Below, piece after piece: positions 10,024 through 19,448 of a stretch of DNA of 55,283 bases. The notes below the pieces were generated by a model, which did no database searches, was not told the DNA's origin, and saw only the letters and a list, made by a program, of their open reading frames with translations. Position 1 is the stretch's first letter, and each line of letters begins with the position of its first letter. Origin of the DNA: an uncultured bacterium (lineage in GTDB: Bacteria; SAR324; NAC60-12); the NCBI GenBank assembly GCA_965662845.1, contig CBFIJD010000019.1, positions 1-55,283 on the forward strand, given 5' to 3'. The translations under genes and the position numbers were made by a program.

Positions 10024-10769
10024 GGACCTCGGATTGTTGGAAGATGTTAGGTCTGACGCCTACACGGGATCTCGACGCGATCCGCAACGCCTATCGGAGG
10101 CTCGCCAAACACTATCACCCAGACACCGCCGCTACCCCCGAAGCCTCTGACGCGCAGACCCAGCGGTTTGTGCAGCTCCAGCACGCCTACCAGCAAGCGA
10201 TGCAACATGCGCTAGAGGGGCCGCTTTTTCAAACAGAAGCGTCTCCGGCGCCCCAGCCTACACCTCGCAGCAGATCGTACGCCGAAAACCCGTCTTATGC
10301 TCTTTTACGTCAAGTGCCTTGGCACCGTTGGCGTCAGGGGCTGTTGGGTTTTGTGATGTATTTGCTGCTGACGGCCAGCATGTTCTGGCTGGAAGGATGG
10401 GTCCCGGAGTCTCACCCCCTCAAGTTCCCCTTGACGCTGCTGCACGGGGTCTTAGATGGGATTCTGCTCGCCATCGCTGCGCTAGCGCTCTTCTTTTGGG
10501 TGCCCGGGCTGTTGTATTTGATCGTGTTGCCCTTCCTGCCGAAACGCTGGATTCCACAAACGATCTGTTTGCTGTTGGGGATTGGAGCTGGAGGCTGGTT
10601 TGTGTGGGAGTTCTTACCCCAGTTGATGAGGTGGGAAAGCTCGGCAGAACTGCATGAGTTCACGGTGGCTGCCGTGGTTTTGCTTGGGCTACCGTTCACT
10701 CTTTGGTGGGGCGCCAAGCGAGTGCAACGCAGCCTGAAGAAGGGGTCTCACTCGGAGAGACCACCTTGA
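10020..10769 (+). CDS. J-domain protein with C-terminal transmembrane helices
   Basis: 'IRNAYRRLAKHYHPD' J-domain followed by about 4 hydrophobic segments. Confidence 0.85.
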   Translation: MRTSDCWKMLGLTPTRDLDAIRNAYRRLAKHYHPDTAATPEASDAQTQRFVQLQHAYQQAMQHALEGPLFQTEASPAPQPTPRSRSYAENPSYALLRQVPWHRWRQGLLGFVMYLLLTASMFWLEGWVPESHPLKFPLTLLHGVLDGILLAIAALALFFWVPGLLYLIVLPFLPKRWIPQTICLLLGIGAGGWFVWEFLPQLMRWESSAELHEFTVAAVVLLGLPFTLWWGAKRVQRSLKKGSHSERPP

Positions 10770-11830
10770 CGCAAGAGCTCTGCTTGGTGGTGTTGTAAGA
10801 GGGGGTCAATGAGGAGATCCAGCTGCCCCATCAAGACCTCTTCCAGTTTGTAAACCGTGAGGTTGATGCGGTGGTCGGTGATGCGGCCTTGTGGGAAGTT
10901 GTAAGTTCGGATGCGCTCGCTGCGGTCACCAGAGCCCACCATGCTGCGGCGCTGCTCGGAGGTCGCCTGCTGCTGGGCTTCCACTTGCGCTTCATACAGA
11001 CGGGCCCGGAGGATTTTGAGCGCTTGCGCCCGATTTTTGATTTGGGAGCGCTCATTCTGACACGCCACCACCATTCCAGTGGGCACGTGGGTGATGCGCA
11101 CCGCCGAATCTGTCGTGTTGACGTGCTGGCCACCAGCGCCGGATGCGCGATAGACATCCACTCGGAGGTCGCTGTGGTCAATCTCCACATCAACGTCTTC
11201 CACTTCAGGCATAATCGCGACCGTTGCCGCTGAGGTGTGGATCCGCCCTTGGGTCTCAGTCTTCGGTACGCGCTGTACTCGATGCACCCCAGCCTCAAAC
11301 TTAAGTTGACTGAACACATCTTGCCCTTCGATGGCTGCAGTGACTTCTTTGAAGCCGCCCAGATCGTTCTCATGCGCGCTCAAGAGGCTGATCTTCCAGC
11401 GTCGGGCCTCCGCCAGCTTTCCATACATTCGGAACAAATCTCGCGCGAACAGCGCCGCTTCATCGCCACCGGTCCCGGCGCGAATTTCTAAGATGGCGTT
11501 GCGCTGATCATCAGGATCTTTGGGCAGCAGCTGCTTCTTGATGTCCCACTCAATGCTCTCGAGTTGTTCGCGCAACGCAGGAATTTCTTGGCTAGCCAGC
11601 TCGCGCAGTTCGGGATCTTCGCTGCTGTCGCTGGCGAGCGCTTCGTTTTCCTGTAGCTGAGTGCGGAGAGCGCAGAGAGCGTCGTAGGCTCGCACCAGCT
11701 CCGTGAGTTCAGAGTGTTCGCGGGTTAATTTCTGGAAACGAGCGCTGTCGGAGAGGGTTTCGGGCTGGCTAAGAAGGTGGGTGATTTCTTCAAATCGGAG
11801 CCGAATGCCTGACAGTTTGTCGTCAAGCAT
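10748..11830 (-). CDS. prfA: Peptide chain release factor 1
   Basis: GGQ motif, RF1 PxT tripeptide 'VPKTE', 'IRTYNFPQGRITDHRI'. Confidence 0.98.
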   Translation of the reverse strand: MLDDKLSGIRLRFEEITHLLSQPETLSDSARFQKLTREHSELTELVRAYDALCALRTQLQENEALASDSSEDPELRELASQEIPALREQLESIEWDIKKQLLPKDPDDQRNAILEIRAGTGGDEAALFARDLFRMYGKLAEARRWKISLLSAHENDLGGFKEVTAAIEGQDVFSQLKFEAGVHRVQRVPKTETQGRIHTSAATVAIMPEVEDVDVEIDHSDLRVDVYRASGAGGQHVNTTDSAVRITHVPTGMVVACQNERSQIKNRAQALKILRARLYEAQVEAQQQATSEQRRSMVGSGDRSERIRTYNFPQGRITDHRINLTVYKLEEVLMGQLDLLIDPLLQHHQAELLRQGGLSE

Positions 11831-11833
11831 GGG

Positions 11834-12040
11834 TTAGGAGCGCTGGTAGCGACGCTTGAACTTCTCGATACGTCCGGCGGCGTCGACCACTTTCTGTTCC
11901 TTGCCGCTGAAGAAGGGGTGACAGTTAGAACAAATTTCGATGCTTTGCACTCCTCCCAAGACCGATGCGGTCTCAAGTTTTGCGCCACAAGCGCACTGGA
12001 AGGTGGTCGGCTGAACGTTTGGATGAATTCCGGGCTTCAT
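11834..12040 (-). CDS. rpmE: 50S ribosomal protein L31 (Zn-binding form)
   Basis: 'MKPGIHP...CACG...CSNCHPFFSG...GRIEKF'. Confidence 0.98.
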   Translation of the reverse strand: MKPGIHPNVQPTTFQCACGAKLETASVLGGVQSIEICSNCHPFFSGKEQKVVDAAGRIEKFKRRYQRS

Positions 12041-12091
12041 GACGAGTTCCTAGAAAAAAAGTTCGGAAAAAGAAAAACTCATAAACATAAG

Positions 12092-13387
12092 TTACTTGTC
12101 CATCATATTCAAGAAATCTTTGTTCGTCGTGAATTTCGAGAGTTTTTCTAGCAGAAACTCCATGGAGTCGACGGCGCTGAGCTGTGCCAAGACCTTGCGG
12201 AGCACCCAAGTGCGGTCGAGGTCGTTCTTTTCCATGAGCAGCTCTTCGCGGCGGGTGCCGGATTTGTTGATATCGATGGCTGGGAAGGTGCGCTTCTCGA
12301 CGAGTTTGCGGTCGAGCATCAGCTCCATATTGCCGGTTCCTTTGAACTCTTCGAAGATCACTTCATCCATGCGAGAGCCCGTGTCGATCAGAGCGGTAGC
12401 AATGATGGTCAGAGAGCCGCCTTCTTCTACGTTACGCGCAGCGCCAAAGAACCGCTTGGGTTTGTGCAAGGCATTGGAATCCACCCCACCGGAGAGAATC
12501 TTTCCGCTGGGCGGCACGACGGTGTTGTACGCTCGCGCGAGGCGCGTCACAGAGTCGAGCAAGATCACGACATCGCGGCGGTGTTCCACGAGGCGCTTGG
12601 CTTTCTCGAGGACCATTTCGGCGACTTGAACGTGGCGAGTGGCGGGTTCATCGAAGGTCGAGCTGACGACTTCACCGCGCACCGAGCGCTGCATGTCGGT
12701 CACTTCTTCTGGGCGCTCATCGATCAACAGCACGATCAAATCGACTTCTGGGTGATTGGTCGTGATGCTGTTGGCGAGCGTCTGCAAGATCATCGTTTTT
12801 CCCGTGCGGGGCGGGGCCACGACCAAACCACGTTGTCCCTTCCCAACCGGCGCTGCGAGGTCGATGACGCGGGTCGTTAGATCGCGATCACTGCGCTCCA
12901 GATGGAGTCGTTCACGAGGATAAACAGGAGTGAGGTTATCGAAGAGAATTTTTTCGAAGGCTTTGTCTGGCGGGCAGAAGTTGACTTCCTCGACTTTGAG
13001 GAGGGCGTAGTAGCGTTCGCTCTCTTTGGGCGGACGAATGTGCCCAGAGATCGTGTCGCCTGTGCGCATGTTGAAGCGGCGGATTTGCGACGGAGACACA
13101 TAGATGTCGTCTGGCCCTGGGAGGTAGTTGTAATCTGGAGCGCGCAAGAATCCAAAACCGTCAGGGAGCGTCTCCAAAACGCCCGAACCATAGATCACAC
13201 CATTCTGTTTGGTCTGGGCCTGCAGGAGCGCAAAAATCAGCTCTTGCACGCGCATGCCGTTCGCGTTCTCGATGTTGTACTCGCGCGCAATCTTGATCAG
13301 CGAGTTGATATCTTTCTTCTTGAGTTCAATCAGATTCAGGGTCTCAGGGGCGTCGTGACGGGACTTGGATTCTTGTTGTTCACGCAT
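12092..13387 (-). CDS. rho: Transcription termination factor Rho
   Basis: 'DGFGFLR', '[13 protein letters not shown]', 'APPRTGKT', '[12 protein letters not shown]', '[11 protein letters not shown]'. Confidence 0.99.
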   Translation of the reverse strand: MREQQESKSRHDAPETLNLIELKKKDINSLIKIAREYNIENANGMRVQELIFALLQAQTKQNGVIYGSGVLETLPDGFGFLRAPDYNYLPGPDDIYVSPSQIRRFNMRTGDTISGHIRPPKESERYYALLKVEEVNFCPPDKAFEKILFDNLTPVYPRERLHLERSDRDLTTRVIDLAAPVGKGQRGLVVAPPRTGKTMILQTLANSITTNHPEVDLIVLLIDERPEEVTDMQRSVRGEVVSSTFDEPATRHVQVAEMVLEKAKRLVEHRRDVVILLDSVTRLARAYNTVVPPSGKILSGGVDSNALHKPKRFFGAARNVEEGGSLTIIATALIDTGSRMDEVIFEEFKGTGNMELMLDRKLVEKRTFPAIDINKSGTRREELLMEKNDLDRTWVLRKVLAQLSAVDSMEFLLEKLSKFTTNKDFLNMMDK

Positions 13388-13656
13388 AGATTTCCGGTGG
13401 GAGAAAGCAGAGGGTCATTAAAAAGTTTACAGTAGTAGTGTGGGACAACATTTCAGGCGTGGAAATGCTCCGACTAGAGCGGATAGGTATTGCAATCAAA
13501 TTGGAGTTGAGAACTTACAGTTGCGGCAAGCAGAGGTGTCGTTCGAGTGGAAACGATTCTCAGGAGGTTAGCTTATGAAAAGGAGTCTTGGGGTCACTTC
13601 CGGGGTAAGTTGCGTCCTATGTGCGGCGTCTGCGACAGGATGCAGATTGTTTTGGT

Positions 13657-13684
13657 AACGTACCTGCCTTTCTTCTTATGTCAA
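13657..13684 (-). promoter_or_regulatory. Putative sigma70 promoter for rho-rpmE-prfA
   Basis: Minus strand TTGACA-16 nt-TACGTT, about 270 nt upstream of the rho start. Confidence 0.55.
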
Positions 13685-13760
13685 GAAGTTTTTCGCAGGT
13701 AAGTCTGAATACCTCGGCTCTCCAGCGAGCCTTTATTTTTCGCCGCCAGCGTGGGTTACA

Positions 13761-14654
13761 CTAGCGTGGCAACCGAGCGAGTCCATTCTGCGTTCTTGCG
13801 GCGTCGACGGTGTTTTTCATCAACATCGCAATCGTCATCGGGCCCACACCGCCAGGCACAGGTGTAATGTACGAGGCCTTTCTTTCCGCGGAAGCATAAT
13901 GCACATCGCCGACCAACTTGCCTTTGGTTGCCCCTTCCGCGGGAGGCAAGCGGTTGATTCCTACGTCAATCACGACGGTTCCTTCACGCAGCATATCGCC
14001 AGTGATGAACTCGGCTCTGCCGACGGCTGCGATGACCACGTCTGCGCCCTGCAAATGCGCTTCCAAATGACGGGTCCGCGAATGACAAATCGTCACCGTC
14101 GCGTCATATCCCTTCTGAGAGAGCAGAGTGGCGAGCGGGCGGCCCACGAGGTTGCTTCGTCCCACGACAACGACATTTTTGCCGGAGGTTTGAATCTCGG
14201 CACGCTTGAGCATTTCCAAGACGCCATAGGGAGTGCAAGAGATAAAACGTGGCTCACCACTCGCCAGATAGCCCGCATTCAGTGGATGCAACCCATCAAC
14301 ATCCTTCTCCGGCGCAATGCTCAGAATCGCCTGCTCCTCGTTGAGTCCCTCCGGCAGCGGGAACTGACACAAAATCCCATGAACACTCGGATCCTCGTTG
14401 AGTTCTTGGATCAGAGACAACAGCTCTTCCTGCGACGTCGTTGCCGGCAGATCGTGCGCACGAGATGCGATGCCTAACTCAGCGCAAGTCCTCTTCTTGT
14501 TGCGCACATAGACCTCTGATGCGGGATTGTCGCCGACTAAGATGACCGCTAAGCATGGATTCAGACGATGCTCGCTTTGCAGAGTCGCGATCTCGCGCTG
14601 TAAGTCTTGTTTCACCAAGTGACTAATCTCTTTGCCGGAAATGACTTTGGCCAT
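13761..14654 (-). CDS. folD: Methylenetetrahydrofolate dehydrogenase/cyclohydrolase
   Basis: 'EKDVDGLHP', 'CTPYG', 'GRSNLVGRP', 'ITPVPGGVGPMTIAML'. Confidence 0.98.
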   Translation of the reverse strand: MAKVISGKEISHLVKQDLQREIATLQSEHRLNPCLAVILVGDNPASEVYVRNKKRTCAELGIASRAHDLPATTSQEELLSLIQELNEDPSVHGILCQFPLPEGLNEEQAILSIAPEKDVDGLHPLNAGYLASGEPRFISCTPYGVLEMLKRAEIQTSGKNVVVVGRSNLVGRPLATLLSQKGYDATVTICHSRTRHLEAHLQGADVVIAAVGRAEFITGDMLREGTVVIDVGINRLPPAEGATKGKLVGDVHYASAERKASYITPVPGGVGPMTIAMLMKNTVDAARTQNGLARLPR

Positions 14655-14753
14655 ACGCCCTCTCATTGTGTTATTTTGAAATCAATCATCGTGATCCCCT
14701 CTAAAAGTCGCAAAACTGTATTGAGTTTCCCCCCTAGCTACAAGCAATTTCCC

Positions 14754-15815
14754 ATGAATATTCCTGATACGCTGGACGCCTTGCACGAGGTCGCTGAAGT
14801 CGAATTTGATGCTCATGATCGTCTGCACCTACCCCTGCGCTATGCGAAAGGGATGGAGGCTGAGACTCTGCAACTGCAGGAACGCTGCGGATTGTTGGAT
14901 CGCAAAGCGTGGTTGTTGCTGGAATTAGACGGCCCAGAAGCTGTGAAGTTTTTGCAAGGGATGGTGACCGCCGATGTCGCCTCCATCCCGGTGGGGCAAA
15001 TGAGACACGGCGTGATTTGTCAGAGCAAAGGGAAGATTCAGCACGTGTTGGACATCTGGCGTCTGACTCCAGAGCGGATTCTTCTGAGCTGTGGGCTCTC
15101 CGAAGGTCTGCAGGTGGGGAATCATCTCCACAAGTTTCACATCCGCGAAGAGTTCGTCATGCGCCTCGTGACGCCGTCTCTTTCGCGGCTAGATGTGCGT
15201 GGGCCTGCGAGTGAAACCGTCCTGCACTCTTTGGGATATACGGGTGAGTCGCCCTGGATGTGGGCAGCGACAGAAATACAGGTGACCCGCCTGTCTAAGC
15301 CCGGAGCGCCACACTTCGCGGTCTTGGTCCCAGGCGAACAAGCCGCCCCTTGGGCGCAAGCGATGTTAGAACATGCCGACTGCGCGTGGACAGGGTGGCT
15401 GGCGTGGCAGCAACAAGACACCCTCGAAGGGCGGCCTGTGTTCGGGCGAGATTTCACCACGGATCACTTCGTACAAGAGGCCGCGCTTGGCGATCACATC
15501 TCCTTCGCCAAAGGCTGCTACATCGGGCAAGAACCCAACGCGCGCCTGTTCAATCGAGGGCGGCCCCAGCGTCAGCTCGTGGGAGTGCGTGTGCCGTCTC
15601 AGGCAGACCTCGACGCCGGGCACACGCTCTTCCTTGGCGACACATCGATTGGCTATGTGACGAGCCTGAGCCAGCAAACCAAAGACGGACAACGGCTTGG
15701 CCTGGCCATGGTCAAGTCTCGTGTGCTGGAAGAAGAGGCGCCCGCGCTGGCGTTGAGCGTGTCAGCTCCTGCCGATGTGATGTGGTTTCGCCTGCCAACG
15801 CACATTCAGCGTTGA
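14754..15815 (+). CDS. ygfZ: Folate-binding YgfZ/CAF17-like (GcvT family) protein
   Basis: 'GPEAVKFLQGMVTAD' and the signature 'KGCYIGQE'. Confidence 0.88.
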   Translation: MNIPDTLDALHEVAEVEFDAHDRLHLPLRYAKGMEAETLQLQERCGLLDRKAWLLLELDGPEAVKFLQGMVTADVASIPVGQMRHGVICQSKGKIQHVLDIWRLTPERILLSCGLSEGLQVGNHLHKFHIREEFVMRLVTPSLSRLDVRGPASETVLHSLGYTGESPWMWAATEIQVTRLSKPGAPHFAVLVPGEQAAPWAQAMLEHADCAWTGWLAWQQQDTLEGRPVFGRDFTTDHFVQEAALGDHISFAKGCYIGQEPNARLFNRGRPQRQLVGVRVPSQADLDAGHTLFLGDTSIGYVTSLSQQTKDGQRLGLAMVKSRVLEEEAPALALSVSAPADVMWFRLPTHIQR

Positions 15816-15919
15816 GCCAACCCAAAGGGAACCATGTTGCCTTTTGCTGGGGGTTCATGCGAACGTACTCGCCTGTTTTCGCAAGGCTAATCCGGATTTC
15901 CTGCCCTTAGAGCATCCCA

Positions 15920-17005
15920 ATGTCCCACATCCTCACTCATGACTCGGAGATCTCGCAAAGCCCGTCCCTGCTCGCCGCGTTACAGGGAAATGGCGACTGC
16001 GTCAGCAGCTTGGCGCCTGGGGAAGATCTGGTGACCCGCTGGCAAGAAGCCGCGCCAGATCTCTTGTTGTTGTCGCTCCAAGAGTGCGGTGAAACCCCAG
16101 TAGAGTTGATTGCGCAGCTACGAGACATCACCGAGCAGGCCTCGGCTTCGATTGGAGTGATCACCCGTGGCGAGCCAGAAGAGCTCCTGCGTCAATGCCT
16201 AGCCCACGGCGCGACCAGTTTGTTAGCCTGGCCGCTGGCTCCAGTGACGCTGGCCTCACAGAGCCACACGCTGCTTCAACTCCGCAAGGCAAGACAAGAA
16301 CACCACGATTTACTGCAACGCCTATTTCCCCCTGAAGTCGCTTCAGAAATCCGCCAGTACGGCAGAGTAGAGCCCCGCAATCATCTGCGCGCGACCGTTG
16401 TCTTCACGGACTTTGCAGGGTTTACCCGCACCGCGACCTCATGGAGCGCGGAGAAACTCATGGACAAATTGGCAAAGTATTTCAGCTATTTCGACCATGT
16501 GATGGACCTTTACCAACTCGAAAAAATGAAGACGATTGGCGATGGCTACATGTTCGCGGGAGGCCTTCCACAAGGGCGCCCATCACACGCGGTAGACTGC
16601 GTGTTGGCATCGCTTGAGCTGCTGCGGTTCTTTCGGACTATTCAGCGCTTTCACAAAGCCCAAGCAGAGGTCTCTTGGAACCTGCGCATTGGAATTCATA
16701 GCGGCCCGCTCGTCGCTGGTTTGATAGGCGCGCGCAAACCGGTTTATGACGTCATCGGCGACACCGTGAACACGGCCAAGCGCCTGGAAGAGAGCGGCAT
16801 CGTCGGCGCCGTGAACATCTCTGAAGAGACCTATCACCACGTGAAAGAGTTCTTTCACTGTCACTCGCGTGGAATGATCTCCGCCAAAGGGAAGGGTCGC
16901 ATCAAAATGTATCTTGTGGAGCGACTCCGCTCGGAGTTCACAGACGACAAAGACAATCCCAACCAACACTTTTGGCAGACACGCGCTGAGCGAAACCGAC
17001 GATGA
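15920..17005 (+). CDS. Class III adenylate cyclase with degenerate N-terminal receiver domain
   Basis: 'FTDFAGFT', 'KMKTIGDGYM', 'RIGIHSGP', 'YDVIGDTVNTAKRLE', 'KGKG'. The K and D specificity residues indicate ATP. Confidence 0.9.
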   Translation: MSHILTHDSEISQSPSLLAALQGNGDCVSSLAPGEDLVTRWQEAAPDLLLLSLQECGETPVELIAQLRDITEQASASIGVITRGEPEELLRQCLAHGATSLLAWPLAPVTLASQSHTLLQLRKARQEHHDLLQRLFPPEVASEIRQYGRVEPRNHLRATVVFTDFAGFTRTATSWSAEKLMDKLAKYFSYFDHVMDLYQLEKMKTIGDGYMFAGGLPQGRPSHAVDCVLASLELLRFFRTIQRFHKAQAEVSWNLRIGIHSGPLVAGLIGARKPVYDVIGDTVNTAKRLEESGIVGAVNISEETYHHVKEFFHCHSRGMISAKGKGRIKMYLVERLRSEFTDDKDNPNQHFWQTRAERNRR

Positions 17006-18060
17006 ACCTCCCAGCTCCCCCCGAGTGGCAGCTCTCCGCTTACGACTTTCACCTGCCCGAACACCTCATCGCTCAACACCCCGCGACGCAACGCGACCAA
17101 GCTCGCATGTTGCGGCTCCCGCTGCGTGACAACGAAATCTCGCATCACCGATTTTCCGAGATTGTGGAGCTGCTTCCAGACGATGTCTGCTTGGTCTTGA
17201 ACAACACCAAAGTTGTGCCCGCGCGCCTGCTGGGGAAACGAGCCACAGGAGCAACGCTGGAGGCTCTCTTGCTAGAAGAACGTGCCCCCGGCTGCTGGAA
17301 CGCAATGCTGCGCAAAGCTGGACGCGTGAAACCTGAGGAGTGGCTGTTGTTCGGAGAGACACTGCACGCCCAAGCGCTGGAGCGCCGCGAAGATGGTACG
17401 TGGGATGTGCAATTTGCCGAACCGGAGACTCTGCCGCAGCGGCTGGAAGCCGAAGGTCTGCCACCACTGCCCCCTTACATTCGCCGCAAAGACTTGGAAG
17501 CCGAGACGCTCGCGAAGGACAAACAGCGCTATCAAACGGTCTACGCGCGGGAAGCGGGCGCCGTCGCGGCTCCCACAGCGGGCCTGCACTTTACTCCCGA
17601 AACGCTCACCGCTCTGCGCCAGCGCGACCTTCCCATCGTAGAAGTCACGCTGCATGTAGGACGCGGCACCTTCTTGCCTGTGCAAACGGATGACGTCCGC
17701 GAACACCGGATGCACCAAGAGAGCTTTCGGGTCGCGCCCGAAGCGTGGCAGCAGCTGCAGCAGCTCAAGAGTGAAGGGCGACGCATTCTTGCGGTGGGCA
17801 CTACCGTGGTGCGGGTGTTGGAGACGATCGCCCAACAAGCGGAGCCTCAACTCTCAGGGCAAACAGAAATTTTCATCTATCCGCCTTACTCATTTCAGAT
17901 GGTGGACGCGCTGCTCACGAATTTCCATTTGCCACAGTCCACTCTGTTGATGCTGGTTTCGGCATTGTGTGGGCGGGAGCGTTTGCTCAAGGCTTATGCG
18001 GAGGCTGTGCAGCGGGAGTATCGCTTTTTCAGCTATGGGGACTGCATGCTGATTTTGTGA
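17002..18060 (+). CDS. queA: S-adenosylmethionine:tRNA ribosyltransferase-isomerase
   Basis: 'PLPPYIRR', 'YQTVYA', 'AAPTAGLHFT', 'TNFHLPQSTL', 'YRFFSYGD'. Confidence 0.98.
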   Translation: MNLPAPPEWQLSAYDFHLPEHLIAQHPATQRDQARMLRLPLRDNEISHHRFSEIVELLPDDVCLVLNNTKVVPARLLGKRATGATLEALLLEERAPGCWNAMLRKAGRVKPEEWLLFGETLHAQALERREDGTWDVQFAEPETLPQRLEAEGLPPLPPYIRRKDLEAETLAKDKQRYQTVYAREAGAVAAPTAGLHFTPETLTALRQRDLPIVEVTLHVGRGTFLPVQTDDVREHRMHQESFRVAPEAWQQLQQLKSEGRRILAVGTTVVRVLETIAQQAEPQLSGQTEIFIYPPYSFQMVDALLTNFHLPQSTLLMLVSALCGRERLLKAYAEAVQREYRFFSYGDCMLIL

Positions 18061-18123
18061 ACGTCTGCCTATCGTTTTTTGTTGGCCACCCAGGCTCCTA
18101 TTTTTGAGATTTCTGATCCTCTC

Positions 18124-18768
18124 ATGACAACGCTGCAACTCAACGAAATTTATTACAGTGTGCAGGGCGAATCGAGTTTTGCCGGCGAACCCTGTGTGTT
18201 TTTGCGCACAAAAGGCTGCTCTCTGCGCTGTCGCTGGTGTGACACTCCCTACTCGTTTCACGAGGGCGCTGGACAAACACTTGAAGACATTTTAGCGGCG
18301 GTGCGTTCGTATGAGTGCCCGTTGGTCGAACTCACCGGCGGAGAACCGTTGGATCAGCCCGCTTCGTTTGAGTTGTTGCGACGTCTTTGCGCAGAGCGAT
18401 ACACGGTGCTCCTAGAGACGGGAGGGCATAAGTCCATCGCCGAGGTCGATCCGCGCGTGCACGTGATCATGGACATCAAGTGTCCGGGGTCAGGCATGCA
18501 AAAGCGCAATCGACTCGCGAACTTGGCCTTGCTGAAGCCGCATCATCAGGTCAAATTTGTGATCGCAGATCGCAACGATTACGAGTGGGCGCGCGCGTTG
18601 GTGCAGGAATACGAACTCTCCCAGCGCGTCACCGTGTTGTTCTCACCGGTCGCAGGCGAACAGTCGCCTCGAGAACTCGCAGAGTGGATCGTGGACGATC
18701 GCTTGCGGGTGCGGTTCCAAGTGCAACTTCACAAAATTTTATGGGGCATGGAGGCAAAAAGTGTCTGA
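18124..18768 (+). CDS. queE: 7-carboxy-7-deazaguanine synthase (radical SAM)
   Basis: 'EIYYSVQGE', 'GCSLRCRWCDT', 'TGGEP', 'QLHKILW'. Adjacent to queC. Confidence 0.93.
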   Translation: MTTLQLNEIYYSVQGESSFAGEPCVFLRTKGCSLRCRWCDTPYSFHEGAGQTLEDILAAVRSYECPLVELTGGEPLDQPASFELLRRLCAERYTVLLETGGHKSIAEVDPRVHVIMDIKCPGSGMQKRNRLANLALLKPHHQVKFVIADRNDYEWARALVQEYELSQRVTVLFSPVAGEQSPRELAEWIVDDRLRVRFQVQLHKILWGMEAKSV

Positions 18769-19441
18769 CTCTTCTTCCACACGCACAGCGCTGGTCGTGC
18801 TCTCTGGCGGACAAGACTCCACCACCTGCTTGTTTTGGGCGTTGCAGCGCTTCGCCAAAGTGACCACGCTGACCTTTGACTACGGACAACGTCACCGCCT
18901 TGAGCTGGCAAGCGCTCGCAAAGTCGCTGAAATCGCAAACGTGCCAAACGAAGTCTTGAACATTGACACCTTCCGGCAATTGGGAGGCAACGCGCTTACG
19001 GGAGAAGAGCCGGTCGCGGAAGGAGAACCGGCCGCGGACGAGCTACCCAATACGTTTGTGCCGGGGCGCAATCTGATCTTTCTGACCTTTGCAGCTGCGC
19101 GCGCATATCAGCTGGGCATTCGAGATGTGGTCACAGGCGTTTGTCAGACAGACTACAGCGGATATCCCGACTGCCGACAGAACACGATAGACGCCTTGCA
19201 GCTTGCCGTGAACTTGGGAATGGACGCGCACATGACGCTGCACACGCCGTTGATGTGGATGAACAAAGCAGAGACGGTGCTGCTGGCTCAAGAAGTCGGC
19301 GCCTTAGAGGCTCTCGCGTGGAGCCACACCTGCTACCAAGGACAATTCCCACCCTGCGGAAGCTGCCCCGCTTGTGTACTGCGCGCGAAAGGCTTCGCTG
19401 CCGCGGGCCTGCCTGACCCCATTTTGCTTCGAGACTCCTAG
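18761..19441 (+). CDS. queC: 7-cyano-7-deazaguanine synthase
   Basis: 'SGGQDSTT', 'YGQRH', 'FVPGRN', 'YPDCR', 'CY..CGSCPAC'. Confidence 0.97.
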   Translation: MSDSSSTRTALVVLSGGQDSTTCLFWALQRFAKVTTLTFDYGQRHRLELASARKVAEIANVPNEVLNIDTFRQLGGNALTGEEPVAEGEPAADELPNTFVPGRNLIFLTFAAARAYQLGIRDVVTGVCQTDYSGYPDCRQNTIDALQLAVNLGMDAHMTLHTPLMWMNKAETVLLAQEVGALEALAWSHTCYQGQFPPCGSCPACVLRAKGFAAAGLPDPILLRDS

Positions 19442-19448
19442 CGGCTTC

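Noticed and set aside
15816..15919. preQ1 riboswitch ahead of the que genes
   Set aside because: No preQ1 stem-loop with an A-rich 3' tail is visible.
17002..19441. 7-deazaguanine DNA-modification (dpd) defence island
   Set aside because: queA is tRNA-specific and no dpdA/tgt-like or other dpd genes are present. This is ordinary queuosine synthesis.
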